A DNA stretch of 64,000 bases from Candidatus Hydrogenedentota bacterium (GTDB lineage: Bacteria > Hydrogenedentota > Hydrogenedentia > Hydrogenedentales > SLHB01). A model generated the notes under the pieces. That model did not search any database. It had not been told where the DNA came from and saw only the letters and a program-made list of their open reading frames with translations. Location: assembly GCA_963745075.1 (NCBI GenBank), contig CAVUWV010000010.1, positions 192,001 through 256,000 of the forward strand. The letters are read 5' to 3'. The position numbers and the translations under genes were made by a program. Of this stretch, positions 21,445 to 33,322 are shown piece after piece (the first letter of the stretch is position 1; each line of letters begins with the position of its first letter).

Positions 21445-22602
21445 GTGGGAGGGAATGCGGTGCGCGATGCTTTGGTCGGTTGCCTGCTGACCGCGATCCT
21501 GGTGATCCTTGCCATGACCGGCGGGGGTTTTGTGTACGTTTACTACCTCCGCGGTGGAGCGTCCGGGTCCGGGATCGACCATTTTCCCGGCGCGGGGGTT
21601 CGTATAGGGGGAGATAAACTCACGCGCCGGATCGTTCCCCTCGACGACCGGATTGACTACGTCACCGATATCATTCAGGCCGAATTAGACGCCGACCCCG
21701 GTCTTGACGTGGGCGTCACCAGCGCGGAAGGCGTTCTCATTCTCGACCCAACGTTTAACCAGAAACAATACGCCGCCATCCTGGAATACGTCTCCATGAT
21801 TCACTTCGTCTACCTTCCCGCGCGGGATCAGTATTGCGGGTTCAATGCCATAACCGGGGCGCCAAGGGCGCCCTTGGCCCTCTTCGATCTGACGGGCAGG
21901 CAACTATGGAAACTGGACAGCATCGCCAAAGAAGGGCATATGAACGTCGGAGACCTAAACGGCGACGGTGAGCCCGAGTTTTGCGTCATCTTCCACGGTG
22001 AAAAGAAGGAACATAAGAGCACGATTGTTGTTTTCGACATGTACGGCCAGGAACAGTGGCGCAAGGAGACGGGGGAGTTGGGCGCCATGGCCGTCGGTGA
22101 CGTGACGGGTGACGGTCTGGACGATCTGTGTGTTGTCAACGAAAAAGGGCAGATTGCCATTGAGCGGGAATCGGGGGAGCCCCAAGTCGTGAGCGAAGAC
22201 CCTTCAGGGACCCTGACGGTCTTTGATGTCGCTGGTTGGCCTTCCTCCGAGTCTGCGCAGAAGAACATCATACTGCCGCTTGAGGGCAAAGTCCTCGTGA
22301 TGGATTCGACCGGCCACGTCGTGCAGTCCCTGGACGCCCCCGACATGACGTTGCCCGCCGAGATTCGCACAGCGACCGTCGCCTTTGAAAAAGAAACGCC
22401 GGCCTGTTTGGCCGTTCTTGCGCTGGGGGACTCGTATGACTACGCCCACCTGTTCATCTACGAGCCCGACGGGACCTTGATGTACGACGAGGTGAATGGC
22501 GACTATTGCGTCGCCCTCGCGGCACTGCGCGATCCCGCAAGCGACACAACACAACTCCTCGTGGGGGGCAAGGACGTATTGTATACGTACTCGCCGTCGT
22601 AA
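21445..22602 (+). CDS. Membrane-anchored FG-GAP/VCBS-repeat beta-propeller-like protein
   Basis: N-terminal TM helix with GDLNGDGEPE and GDVTGDGLDD repeats. Confidence 0.65.
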   Translation: MGGNAVRDALVGCLLTAILVILAMTGGGFVYVYYLRGGASGSGIDHFPGAGVRIGGDKLTRRIVPLDDRIDYVTDIIQAELDADPGLDVGVTSAEGVLILDPTFNQKQYAAILEYVSMIHFVYLPARDQYCGFNAITGAPRAPLALFDLTGRQLWKLDSIAKEGHMNVGDLNGDGEPEFCVIFHGEKKEHKSTIVVFDMYGQEQWRKETGELGAMAVGDVTGDGLDDLCVVNEKGQIAIERESGEPQVVSEDPSGTLTVFDVAGWPSSESAQKNIILPLEGKVLVMDSTGHVVQSLDAPDMTLPAEIRTATVAFEKETPACLAVLALGDSYDYAHLFIYEPDGTLMYDEVNGDYCVALAALRDPASDTTQLLVGGKDVLYTYSPS

Positions 22603-22627
22603 TTCGGGCGTTGATCTGAACGAGACG

Positions 22628-25244
22628 TTATTGTGCGCTCTCGACCTGCTCGTAAAACGCTCTTCGGTGCGGTTCCCCGGCCTCGGCGAAATGCGTGATT
22701 CCCTCGCGTTCCACGATCGCTTTGAACCGCGCAAAGGTCCCGTCCGCCTTGGCCTGGACCGGCATCCGCTTGCACTTCAGGTACATGATCGGCAAACGCG
22801 CCATCTCCACACGCGCGCGAATTTCGGGCGTATCGGCGACGGTTTCGGCCCGATCGAAGATAGCCTCCGATTGTCGCACGAAATCGTCGCTGAACAGCGT
22901 GTCGTCGGGTTGGAGCCCCAGATGAATGTGCGTGTTCGGCGTCAGCCGTCCGTGCAGCAAATCGAAGTACTGCCGCACGTACTGCCCGGACCGGCCGTAG
23001 TATCCATACATGAAGTCATTGATCGTGGCGTCAACGTCGCAATCGTCCGGATCCCAGAGCAACTGCGCAATCAGATACGCGCGCAATTCCGCAAACTCGC
23101 CGCCCCGGCTCTGGTACGCGGCTTGTTCCATGATGCCAATGGCGTTATGGTCGCGGAAGAACTGAATGTTCGGCTTCAACACGCGGAAATTCGGGTACGG
23201 CATGATGTAATGGCTGAAGTTGACGACGTAGTCCCAGATGTAAATGTGCGGCGCGATCTTCGCCCAACCTTCCATGTCCTCGACAAAAGACGCGTTCTCC
23301 GGACACTTCGTAAACGGGTGCGCGAAGCAACACTCGATGCTGCAAAACCGCACCACCACGTTCTCTCTCGGTTTCAGGGTCGCACAGGGTTTGCGCGTGT
23401 AACTGTACGCCAGCGTGCCGATGTACTTGTCCGGGAACTCCTTCTCGACCGCCTCCGCGACCTGATTCACGAACCAGATGATCGGGCCGGACTGGCTGCC
23501 CTCGCGGTCCACGATCGCTTGGCAATTGTCGCACTGGCACGGATTGGACCAGTCGTTTTGCGAGACCGAATAGATCAGGTATTGCGGGTTTTCACGCATT
23601 ACTTTCTCAATCCGCTCGGTGATGATGCGCAACACATCGGGATTGGTCAAGCAGAGTTGCGCGCGATCGGCGGTACGCTTGCCGTCGATGAGGCTGTAGT
23701 ACTCGGGATGATCCGCGAAGAACTCGTCCGGCGGCATCAGCGGATAGAAGGTGTGCACCGCCCAGTACGCCTCGACGCCGCCCGGCTGTTCGCGGTAGCC
23801 CATGGCGCCGTTGATCCGGTTGTGCGCCGCCCAAATCGGATCGAAAGCCTCGAAGTAGAAATCGTTTCGTACCCGGATGCCCGGCTTTTCGGCGTGGTCC
23901 AGCCGGACGAAGGAGTACGTATCCTTTTTCGGCGTGACCGTGACGCGCGGCGTGTACCAGCGCACGCCGAGTTCCCGTTCGAGAAAACTCATGACGCCGT
24001 ACATGGTCCCTCGGTCCCGGCCGCCCCAGATGAACACGTCGCGATCCCACATTGCAGTACCGGAAGGACTCATCGCCGTCGTCGGGCGCGGCAACGTCCG
24101 GCAACGCGGCTTTGCACGCCGCACCGTATCCGACCACGATTCGTGGGCCGCCGTCGCTCGCGCTGTCGGCCAAGGGAAAGTCCGCGCCGCTGACCTCGCT
24201 CATCCAATGCTGCAACTCGCCCGCGGCCCAACCCTCGGAGTCGGATGCGTTTTCGGCCAGCACGATGCGGTAGTCCGTCTTTCCGCCGCTGAAGAGCACG
24301 TGCTCGACGCGTTTTCCGGCAGTAAATGGCTGCTGCATGGTGATCTCCTGGCCACCGGTAAATGCGATGCGAGCGGTCAATTCATACTCCTCAAACTGTC
24401 GTGTATCGATGGGAAGAACCATCTCGTCCTTGCGCGACCAGTCGCCTTGCCATACAACCTGTTCCGGTTGGGACACCGGTGCCACGACAAGCGAAGCGCC
24501 CTCAATGAACCCGTCCAGAAACTGTTTGGATTGAACGTAGTGCAGGTGGGGAATGCCGTCGGTATCGGTCCTCACCCGGAACGGTTGGAGGTTGTCCGCA
24601 ACCAGGGGAGAGGAAAAGGGCACCAGCCGACAGGCCAACTGCCAACGGTTGCCAAGATCCTCAATCTTGGCGAGAAGCGTGTTTCGTCCTTCCTGCAAGA
24701 CGACCGGCACAATGTCGTCGTCCATGCGAAGCCCGCGTCCGCCTGGGTGATCCCACACGCGCTCGCCGTTTAACCACACCTGCACGCCGTCGTTGGACCC
24801 CAGCGCCAGCGCGCAGGCCTGCCGATTCGGGCTTTCGATTTCACAATACGCGTACCCGATGACGGCGTCGTTCTTCGAAAGTGCTTCATCGAGGTCGACG
24901 AAATCGGTGTCCGAGTCGACGCGTTTCCAGGTCGCCGAGTTTCCGTCGACCGTCTCCACTTGTCCGATCGCGACGTTTGGATTCTTCTCGCCGCCGTGAG
25001 CGGTAAGGTAGTCCCGGTAAAACGATGCGATGCGAATGGTATCGATCGTTTCACCCGATTCAAATGTAAGGGGAAAGGGGCCGCACACCGCCCACGACCG
25101 CAGGTAGGCGCCGGAAGGTTCGTTGGTGTAAACGGGAATCTCCTGCGCGGCACACACCGCGCATGCGATAACCGAGACAAACGACAACAGAACGATCCAA
25201 TTTACCCCCGCTTTGTACCGATGGTTTGCGTTTTGACAGTTCAT
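22628..25244 (-). CDS. Secreted DUF4838-domain glycoside-hydrolase-like protein with N-terminal beta-sandwich domain (frameshift near 24047)
   Basis: Signal peptide, GSNDGVQVWLNG, GGRDRGTMYGV..FLE..LGVRW, HTF..L.PP..FF..HPEYY, QLCLTNP and TLAY motifs. Confidence 0.75.
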
Positions 25245-25364
25245 CGCAGTGAAGTCCCTCGCCATGGATCGATCCCCCAATTGCATGCCCGTTGCCCGAA
25301 GCAGAGTAACATACCCGGAACTGCGGTCCCAAGGCAGGAGAAACCGGTGGGGAAGAAAGGGAGC

Positions 25365-25790
25365 CTATATCAATCGATTCCCGCGCGAGCCAATGGCTTT
25401 GGCAACGACCACGGACGCAAGTACACCGGCCGCGGTCACGGCAAGACCGGAGGCCACGAGCAGCGCACGTTCCACTTGGCGGCTTTCGCCAATTCCGGTG
25501 ACGCACCAGCGCGCAAAGTGCTCGCAGTTGTTGACAATGGCGCTATACCGGTTCTCACCCAACCGGCTCTCGGCCCGTTCGACGGCAACGTCCGGATGGT
25601 ACGCGCAGGGCTCGGGCACCGTCTTCACCCGCCCGTCCTGGGCGAACTCAGCCAAGGTCACCCGACGGACCGCAGCGTCTTTCCGGCGGAAGAGCGTTCC
25701 GTCGTATTGAATGACCGTCCCGTCGCCACAGTCCACTCCGTGGTGCCAGTAGCCGAAACGTTTCACGCGAATGTGTTCCCCGCGAGCCAT
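25365..25790 (-). CDS. LRAT/NC-domain (permuted NlpC/P60) acyltransferase-like protein
   Basis: YWHHGV..GDGTVI, RAESRLGE..Y and NNCEHFARWC motifs; hydrophobic C-terminus. Confidence 0.85.
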   Translation of the reverse strand: MARGEHIRVKRFGYWHHGVDCGDGTVIQYDGTLFRRKDAAVRRVTLAEFAQDGRVKTVPEPCAYHPDVAVERAESRLGENRYSAIVNNCEHFARWCVTGIGESRQVERALLVASGLAVTAAGVLASVVVAKAIGSRGNRLI

Positions 25791-25819
25791 TGTGTGATAA
25801 TCCTTTCGATGTGCGAAGG

Positions 25820-26665
25820 TCAGGCCGTCTTCTGAAGTACGCGCGTGCGGCGTGTGCGACCGTTCGTGCGCGACGCCTTGCGTTTCCGCGGCGGTCCCAT
25901 CGCCAGCCGTTCTGCAATGACCCGGTACACCTCCGGATTCCAGGCCAGGCCGCAATGGGTGCCGTCGACTTCGACGTCGGTATACCGGTCATTGTTAATG
26001 CAAACTTTCCAGTCCACAATCCCATCGCTCTTGGTATAGATGGCAACCTGCCGGATGGAATCTGGTAAGGTCTCTCCCCGCCAATTGCAGGCAAAACCAC
26101 ACGCGCACCGGCTGGTGTAACAGTCTTCCTCGTGAGGCCGATCCGGAGGGAACAAATGCCGCCGGTTGTAAATGCGTCGCCGCACCACTTCCGCCGTTGA
26201 CAGGATGAGCGGATGGACCCGCACCCCGCGGTACGGGGAGCCCAGCGTGATCACCGTCTGGATGAGTTCCGGATGCTCCGCCGCCGCGCCCCGGCACAAC
26301 ACGCCCCCGAGACTATGACCGATCAGATGGACCTTTTTGCCGGACTTTTCGTGCGCCCGCTCGATCGTCTCCACCAGATGCTGCGTTAGCAGATTCGGAC
26401 ATTCGGCGTTCTGCCCGATGCGCGACATGTACGGCTTGTACCCGATCCGCCATAGCCAGAGATACAGCTCGGTCAGATACAAGTCCACCCCGAGAAAGCC
26501 TGGCACGACGACGACAGCCGATTTGTTTCCCCGCGGAATACCGAATCCGTAGTACACCCGCGAGGCCTTCAACCGAACCCAGTCGTAGCCCATCCACGCC
26601 TCCTGCCAGATAGGCAGATCGGCTGATTCGTGGCCTGTCACCAGCAGGTTGTTGTTGTCCTGCAC
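25820..26665 (-). CDS. Alpha/beta hydrolase (lipase/esterase, PGAP1-like)
   Basis: VVPGFL, GHSLGG, ITLGSP, SDGIVDW and HCGL motifs. Confidence 0.8.
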   Translation of the reverse strand: MQDNNNLLVTGHESADLPIWQEAWMGYDWVRLKASRVYYGFGIPRGNKSAVVVVPGFLGVDLYLTELYLWLWRIGYKPYMSRIGQNAECPNLLTQHLVETIERAHEKSGKKVHLIGHSLGGVLCRGAAAEHPELIQTVITLGSPYRGVRVHPLILSTAEVVRRRIYNRRHLFPPDRPHEEDCYTSRCACGFACNWRGETLPDSIRQVAIYTKSDGIVDWKVCINNDRYTDVEVDGTHCGLAWNPEVYRVIAERLAMGPPRKRKASRTNGRTRRTRVLQKTA

Positions 26666-26866
26666 GCAGTTGCACTGCCTCCTAAACAATTGCTCTGGCT
26701 GCGCTGATTATAACACAGTGCGACCTAATTATCGTTCCTTCATCGGCTTAGAGCGAATGTCCCGTCAGAATTGGGCTTTGCGTTCCTGTAGTTGTATTAC
26801 TAAGAAAAATGTGCTAACTTCTAATACGCGAGTTCGGGAGTCTGTTCAGGGGGAAGGGTGCTATCC

Positions 26867-29800
26867 ATGATTACACGTCTATTCTGTCTCGCCACCGCTC
26901 TATTTGTGCTCGTACCAAGCGCGTTGGCCGTACCCGTGGCGCCAATCGTCGTCACCGTGCAACAACCCGATGGATACACCTTTAACGTCCGCGCGCAAGG
27001 CGACGAGTTTGCGAGTTGGACCGAGACGCTCGACGGGTACACCGTGACGAGGCAAAGCGACACGTGGTACTACGCGATCAGGGCAACTGACGGAACCCTC
27101 ATCGCATCGCCCAACGCAGTAGGTGCGACGCCTCCGGCTGTGCGCTCCGCATTACCGTTACACCTGAGGCCTCCAACAAATCCGCGCGCATTCGAACCGC
27201 GGCAACTGCACCCGCTTGGGGTCACCGACGGCAGGAAATACCTCACTCACACCCAGAACATGGTGGCAGTTCTTGTCGATTATAGCGACATTTCATTTGC
27301 GTATTCCGATTCGCAGTTTAGAGAACTCATATTTGGATCGACCAGTAGCGTCTACGAGTACTACCGCGAAAACTCCTATGCCCATTTCCTCATCACGCCT
27401 GCGTCCGAAAGCTATGGTGTCGCCGGTGACGGCATCATTCATGTGACGCGGCCCGTGAACCACCCCAATATCGGCAAGGGAGATTCGAGAGCCGAGGCTG
27501 CTGCCATCTTTGACCTCGCGAACACGTACATCGACTTCCAGAGCTTCGACACGAACGGTGATGGTACCGTGGCATCCGATGAGCTGGCGGTTATTTTTAT
27601 TCTCGCCGGTTACGAAGGGGCCTATGGCGACGAATTTGCCTATACACCAAACGTCTTCGCGCACACTTGGCAGCTTGCTACCCCACTTGCTTTAGATGCA
27701 GTCGACGTTCGTCCCTACGCCATGTTTGGGGAACGGCATCGATTGACAGTCGTAAACGATCTCCATCAAGCCACTATTGGCGTTATGTGCCACGAGGCAG
27801 GCCATCTAATGTTAGGTCTTCCCGATCTTTACGATATCGACGATAATTCTCAGCAGCCAGTAGACGACAATTCAGATGGCGTCGGTAATTGGGGACTAAT
27901 GGGATCCGGGTCGTGGAATATGACCGGATCGTGGGACGGCGATCGCCCGGCTCATTTGTGCGCGTGGAGCAAGGTCGCTCTCGACATTACAACGCCGATA
28001 GACGTCACCATCCCCACGACGGGCGAATACGTCCTGCAAGCATACAATAAGTCGTCGATAAAGCGGCTTTGGGTCGATCCCTATCGTGTCCGTGAGTATT
28101 ACCTGCTCGAGAATCGACAACAAGTCGGTTACGACGCCGGCTTGCCGGGGAATGGGCTGCTAATCTGGCATGTCGACGATTCCCGTGTGCTGAATAACGA
28201 TGCCAGTCATAAGTGGGTCGACCTCGAAGAAGCTGATGGTCTTGCGCAGCTCGACGTGATAACGGACGGCAATTCGGGCGATCCGGGAGATCCATTCCCT
28301 GGAAGCTCCGACAATCGTGCTTTCACGGACACGAGCAATCCAAACTCCCGGGACTACGGAGCTGCCTCGACCGGTGTCGCCGTGACCAATATTCCGGACT
28401 CTTTTGCTTTCATGAGGGTCGATATCACGCCGAGTGTCACGGGCGGCACGAGAGATCATATTCGATACGATGAGGTCACCCCGCCCGTGTCTGTCCTGGA
28501 TTTTGGAACCAACGTTATCTGGACCGCCGTCCGATACACGAATAACACTCCCATGAACCAGCTCGATGGTTTCGAGATCTACAGCGGGGGCAATGCGACG
28601 GTGGACTTTTATCTTTACGAGAGTATGCTCTCAAACGTTCCCACGTCCTTGCTCCATACAGAGACCGGCTTCAGTGCCGTGCCGGGATGGAATCGTTTCA
28701 TTCTCTCCTCGCCTCAGGCGTTTCCGGCCTCGGCCGATCGGACCATAGTGCTCAAGATTGCTTCGGGTGCCGGCGTTGATGCGCATGTCGACACAATTGG
28801 CACGGCAGATAGCCGGTCATGGGTAGATCTTGATGGAAACGGGATTGGAAGTTATGCGCCGCTCAACACGATTGGCGATTTCTACCAGATCGCGCTTCTC
28901 GGTTTCAGGCCCGCCGTAGCTTCGATTCTCCGCTCGGATCCGTCACCCACCGGCGCGATGACGGTCAATTTCACGGTTACTTTCTCAGAAGATGTCACAG
29001 GCGTTGACGTCTCCGACTTCGCGTTGACCACAACCGGCGTTATCGGGGCGGGCGTAACTGCGGTCGCGGGGGAAGGAAATACCCGCACCATAACCGTCAA
29101 TCGGGGAATCGGCTCCGGAACCATTCGTCTCGATGTCTCCGATGACGATACAATCGTCAACATCGGTAATTCACCACTTGGCGGAATTGGGCCGGGCAAC
29201 GGCGATTTCACAACGGGTGAAACCTATACTATCGATGCGACCCTGCCTGTATTATCCGTAACACCAACCAAATTCGATGTCGGTTACGAAGCGGGAGATA
29301 GCGTTGTTACCGTGACCAACACGGGTGGTGGGACTGTGAACTGGTCGGTGGTTCCCGTTCCCTTCTCGAGTTGGAGCTATGGGCCGACCAGTGGTTCACT
29401 CCTTTCCGGCGCGAGCGATCAAGTAACAATCAGTCATGGCGAGAATACGTCTCCACGTTATTCGACAATGGGTACGTTCCGGTTTACCTCCAGTGGCGTG
29501 GAGGGAAGTCCCACGGACGTAGTTATCACGAAGGAGACCCGCTCCGTACCCGGCTCCATCCTCCATCACTTATCCGACAACCAACAGCACGGGGCAATTT
29601 ACCATTAGTTGGCAGAACGTTGGCGGATATGCGTATTACACGCTGGAACGTTCCAGCGATGGCGGCACAACATGGTCGCACTATTACTCCACATCTTCGA
29701 ACTCCTATCAAGTGAATAGCACCTTGCTTGGCGGCACGTACCGCTATCGGGTTCGCTCCGGTGGGCCAAGCAGTGAGTGGTGCACCGGTACGCACGATTG

Positions 29801-30428
29801 CGTCGTTCAGCTCCAACCGATTCTATCCGTTGGGCCCACGTACAACCTCGCCTATTCGCGAGTTGGGTCCGTGTTGTTGACGGTAAAGAACAGCGGGCAG
29901 GGCATTATGTATTGGTCGTCCTCGGGATCCCCTTGGTTATCCGGTTTCGGTTACGGCTCGCTTTCCGCGGGACAGTCGACCTCCGTGAGGATTTACTATG
30001 CGCAGAACACGTACCCAGCTCCGCGAATGGGAATAGTTGACTTTACGGCTGCCGGTGCAACGGGAAGTCCCGTGATGGTCCGCATTTCTCAGCCGGGAGT
30101 AGGTTTTTCGCTGAACGTACGGACGGGCAGTCAATCCGGCGGCACACCGGTCACCATGTCGGGCACCGGAGGCAGCGGTCTTCAAAGTGTCCTGTTTGGC
30201 GCGACCCCGGCTACCATTCAGTCGTCGACTGCAACGAAGATCTACGTATTGTCACCTCCGGGTGTGGGTATGGTTGATGTGACCGTTAATACCACTACTG
30301 GATCGGATACGTTGTCAGATGCGTTTACATATGTTGAAGAAAAGTCGGTGCCGCTGGCGGCATGGCCCCTGGCTCTCGCCTTGGGCGCGGCGGCGGTTGT
30401 TGCGATACGGCGGCGGAGACGCCCGTAA
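26867..30428 (+). CDS. Secreted M6 (immune inhibitor A-like) metalloprotease with Ig-like/BACON/FN3/IPT domains and C-terminal anchor (frameshift near 29550)
   Basis: QPDG..F...GDEF prodomain, HEAGHLMLGLPDLYD, EYYLLENRQ and GLLIWHVD; the shifted frame continues PAPSSITYP...YRYRVR into ORF 29712..30428. Confidence 0.85.
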
Positions 30429-30742
30429 CGAGTATCGCAGAAATCAAAGTGAACCCATGCGTACATCTCAGACGCTTCGCTTCCCTGCGTTCCCGGGGCA
30501 GAATTCAAAGCCGCGTCCGATGCCCCGCTGTCGGAGGTGAAGGCCATCCGCCGGTACGCCGGGACAGCGTAGTTTGCCTTGCCGCGAATGGAAGACCCGT
30601 ATCTCACGCGAAACCCCCGTCTTACGAGGTTCAGAAAGTCTCTGTTGAACCGATTTCTCTTGACTAAAAGCGATATTTGTGATGCAATGAACCATGAGTA
30701 TCAGGGGGGAATGCTTTCGGTTCCTTCCGGGGAGTAGATGCA

Positions 30743-32311
30743 ATGTCCCAGCCCCATCTGCGACGGCGCCTGACCCCGATGGATGCCTTCTTTCTCTACA
30801 TCGAGCGGGAAGAGCAGCCCATGAGCGTCGGGTGTGTGGCGACGTTCGAGGGCGCGATTCCGTTCCGCGCATTTGTTCGGCACATTGAATCCCGTCTGCA
30901 TCGCATTCCCCGATACCGCCAGCGTGTCGTTCCCTGTCCGTTGAACGTTGGTCTGCCGACATGGGAAGCGGATCCCGACTTCGACATCCGCAATCACATT
31001 TTCTGCGTCAAATTGGACGCGCCTGGCACGGACATTCAACTGCGGAAACTTGCGGAAGAGCTGTTTGAAGGAACGCTCGATCGCGACAAGCCCTTATGGG
31101 AAATCTATCTGGTATCGGGTTTGGAGGGCGGCCGGACCGGCATGTTCACCAAAGTTCACCATTGCATGATCGATGGAATCGCCGGGGTCGAGTTGTTGAT
31201 GCTGATTCTCGACGCTTCTCCGGAGACGCGCCGGGAACGCAAGCGTCCTTACCGTCCCAAACCCATACCCTCAGCTGCGAGCCGTCTGTACGACGCGCTT
31301 TGGGATAACGCCGCGGACGGTGTCGAACACTGGACGCACTTTCAGCGCGGGTTAGCCGCCTACCTGCGTGGCCAGGATCGTGCCGCGTCGTGCGAATCCC
31401 TCGGCGAGTTTTTGAGCACCATCGGGAACCTGCTTTCGCCCATTCAGCGTTTGCCGTTCAACACGCCCTTATCCGGGCGTCGTAGGCTTGCGTACGGAAA
31501 CGTCTCGCTCTCGGAGGCCCAAACTATCCATCGGAACCAGGGCTGCACGATAAACGACGTCGTGTTGACCGCGCTCTGCGGGGCCGTACGGAGGTATCTG
31601 CGGGCCCACGACGAACGCATGCGCCGGACGATCCGCGTCATGGTTCCGGTTAACCTTCGCCGGAAAGACGAGCGGGGAGACTTCGGGAATCGCATTACCT
31701 TCCTGCCGGTCGAGATACCCCTGAATATTCTCGACCCGCTGGAACGGCTCCGCCGCATACACCGGATTACCGCCCAACTGAAAGCGGCCCGCGTCCCGGA
31801 AGCGATCGACCTCATGTTCAATTTCCTCCAGGGGTCGCCGCCCATGGTTCAGTCGGTGTCGCTCGGCACTGCCGCCAGCCGGGGCGGCCAGTTGCTGCTG
31901 GGGCTCGCTTCGCAGGTGCCGCCGCTACACCTGATCTGCACCAACGTACCGGGTCCTCAAATCCCGCTTTACGCGTTGGGGCGCCGCCTCGAGACCTATC
32001 ACGCGTTGCTGCCGGTTGCCCTCGAGATGGGGGTCAGTTTCGGGATTATCAGTTACGACCAACGACTCTTCGTTTCCGTCATCGGCGATGGGCGGGCCAT
32101 TTCCGATCCCGCGCTGTTGTTGGACGGGTTCATGGAGAGTTTTGTGGAATTGCGGGAGGCGGCCGAGATCGACGGGCATTCTACCGTGCGATTCACCAAA
32201 CGCGCCTCTCGCCCGGTGGCCGCGCGGAAGGCCGTCGCGCGGCGGTACGCAACGTCCTCACGAAAGCCGGCCACGCGCAAGCGGCGTTCGCGCGCAAAGA
32301 AGATCGAGTGA
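30743..32311 (+). CDS. Wax ester synthase/diacylglycerol acyltransferase (WS/DGAT)
   Basis: LTPMDAFFL, LDRDKPLWE, KVHHCMIDG, TINDVVL and TNVPGP motifs. Confidence 0.92.
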   Translation: MSQPHLRRRLTPMDAFFLYIEREEQPMSVGCVATFEGAIPFRAFVRHIESRLHRIPRYRQRVVPCPLNVGLPTWEADPDFDIRNHIFCVKLDAPGTDIQLRKLAEELFEGTLDRDKPLWEIYLVSGLEGGRTGMFTKVHHCMIDGIAGVELLMLILDASPETRRERKRPYRPKPIPSAASRLYDALWDNAADGVEHWTHFQRGLAAYLRGQDRAASCESLGEFLSTIGNLLSPIQRLPFNTPLSGRRRLAYGNVSLSEAQTIHRNQGCTINDVVLTALCGAVRRYLRAHDERMRRTIRVMVPVNLRRKDERGDFGNRITFLPVEIPLNILDPLERLRRIHRITAQLKAARVPEAIDLMFNFLQGSPPMVQSVSLGTAASRGGQLLLGLASQVPPLHLICTNVPGPQIPLYALGRRLETYHALLPVALEMGVSFGIISYDQRLFVSVIGDGRAISDPALLLDGFMESFVELREAAEIDGHSTVRFTKRASRPVAARKAVARRYATSSRKPATRKRRSRAKKIE

Positions 32312-32317
32312 CGCCGT

Positions 32318-33322
32318 TTACCCGTCAGCGCTCAGTATTGTTGCGAGCGCCTTGCCGACTTGTTCATGACCTTCCGCCGTCAAGTGCACGCCGTCAACGT
32401 AAAAGCCCGAGCCAATGGAGATTTGACCTGCAAGGTTGCGCACCGGAATGTCCCGTTTCCGCAATTGCTCTTCGATCGCTCCGATTCTATCCGCGTCAGG
32501 CGTCCCCGGCGCCGTTGGCAAGAGCACAACCTGAAAACGATCCGAACCGACGGACTGAACCAGCTCGTTCACCGAGTCCAGATTCACTGTGAGCGCGTCG
32601 CCTTTGTCGATATCAGCGGCCACCGGAACCGCAGCAGGCCCGGCACGGAGCCACGTGCAGCCGAGGCGTTCGGAAGCGAAATAACGGGCCAAGGAGAAAG
32701 CCGCGAGCACGGCGCTCTGCGGAACCCGCTGCGGAAACGCGATTCCGCTTCCGGTGAGCTGCACGACAGGAGGACGCGTGAAATCCCGGGGAATCGCGAA
32801 GACGACCACGCGGTCTGAATCGAGCGGGGCGAGGTGGTGACGATACAGTTTCACCATTTGCGTCACCGAATACCCGTTGATGCCGCAGTTGATCACTTCC
32901 GTGTGGGGGAGCGACGCTTCGGCTACGGACGTGAAGAGATTCTCCTGCATCTCGCGAATTCCCCCCCACGTCACGGAATCGCCCAGGACCAGCACGCGCT
33001 TCGTCTCGGGCGCGCGGGTCGCGAAACTGCGGGAATCGCGTACGCCCCAGTGATTGATGACGATCGTATTGCCGAGATAATTGACCTGTTGATCGGGCTT
33101 CAGGCGGTAGCCCGCGTTCGCGTCGGCTTCATACAATACGGGATGCGTTAAGCCGAGAAAACGGAGAAGCACTTCGAGGATGACGAGGGTAATTGCCAGG
33201 ATAATCAAGCACTCGGTGAATCGTTTTAGCCACGACACGCGCGTCGGTCGTTCGGGCGGGGTACTGTCCGGACCAGTTACGACCGGTACCGAATTGCCCG
33301 TGTCGCCCCCGGAGTTCGTCAC
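32318..33322 (-). CDS. Membrane-anchored SGNH/GDSL hydrolase (possible O-acyltransferase/esterase)
   Basis: TM helix, LGDSVTWG, NCGINGYS and DGVHL motifs. Confidence 0.75.
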   Translation of the reverse strand: MTNSGGDTGNSVPVVTGPDSTPPERPTRVSWLKRFTECLIILAITLVILEVLLRFLGLTHPVLYEADANAGYRLKPDQQVNYLGNTIVINHWGVRDSRSFATRAPETKRVLVLGDSVTWGGIREMQENLFTSVAEASLPHTEVINCGINGYSVTQMVKLYRHHLAPLDSDRVVVFAIPRDFTRPPVVQLTGSGIAFPQRVPQSAVLAAFSLARYFASERLGCTWLRAGPAAVPVAADIDKGDALTVNLDSVNELVQSVGSDRFQVVLLPTAPGTPDADRIGAIEEQLRKRDIPVRNLAGQISIGSGFYVDGVHLTAEGHEQVGKALATILSADG

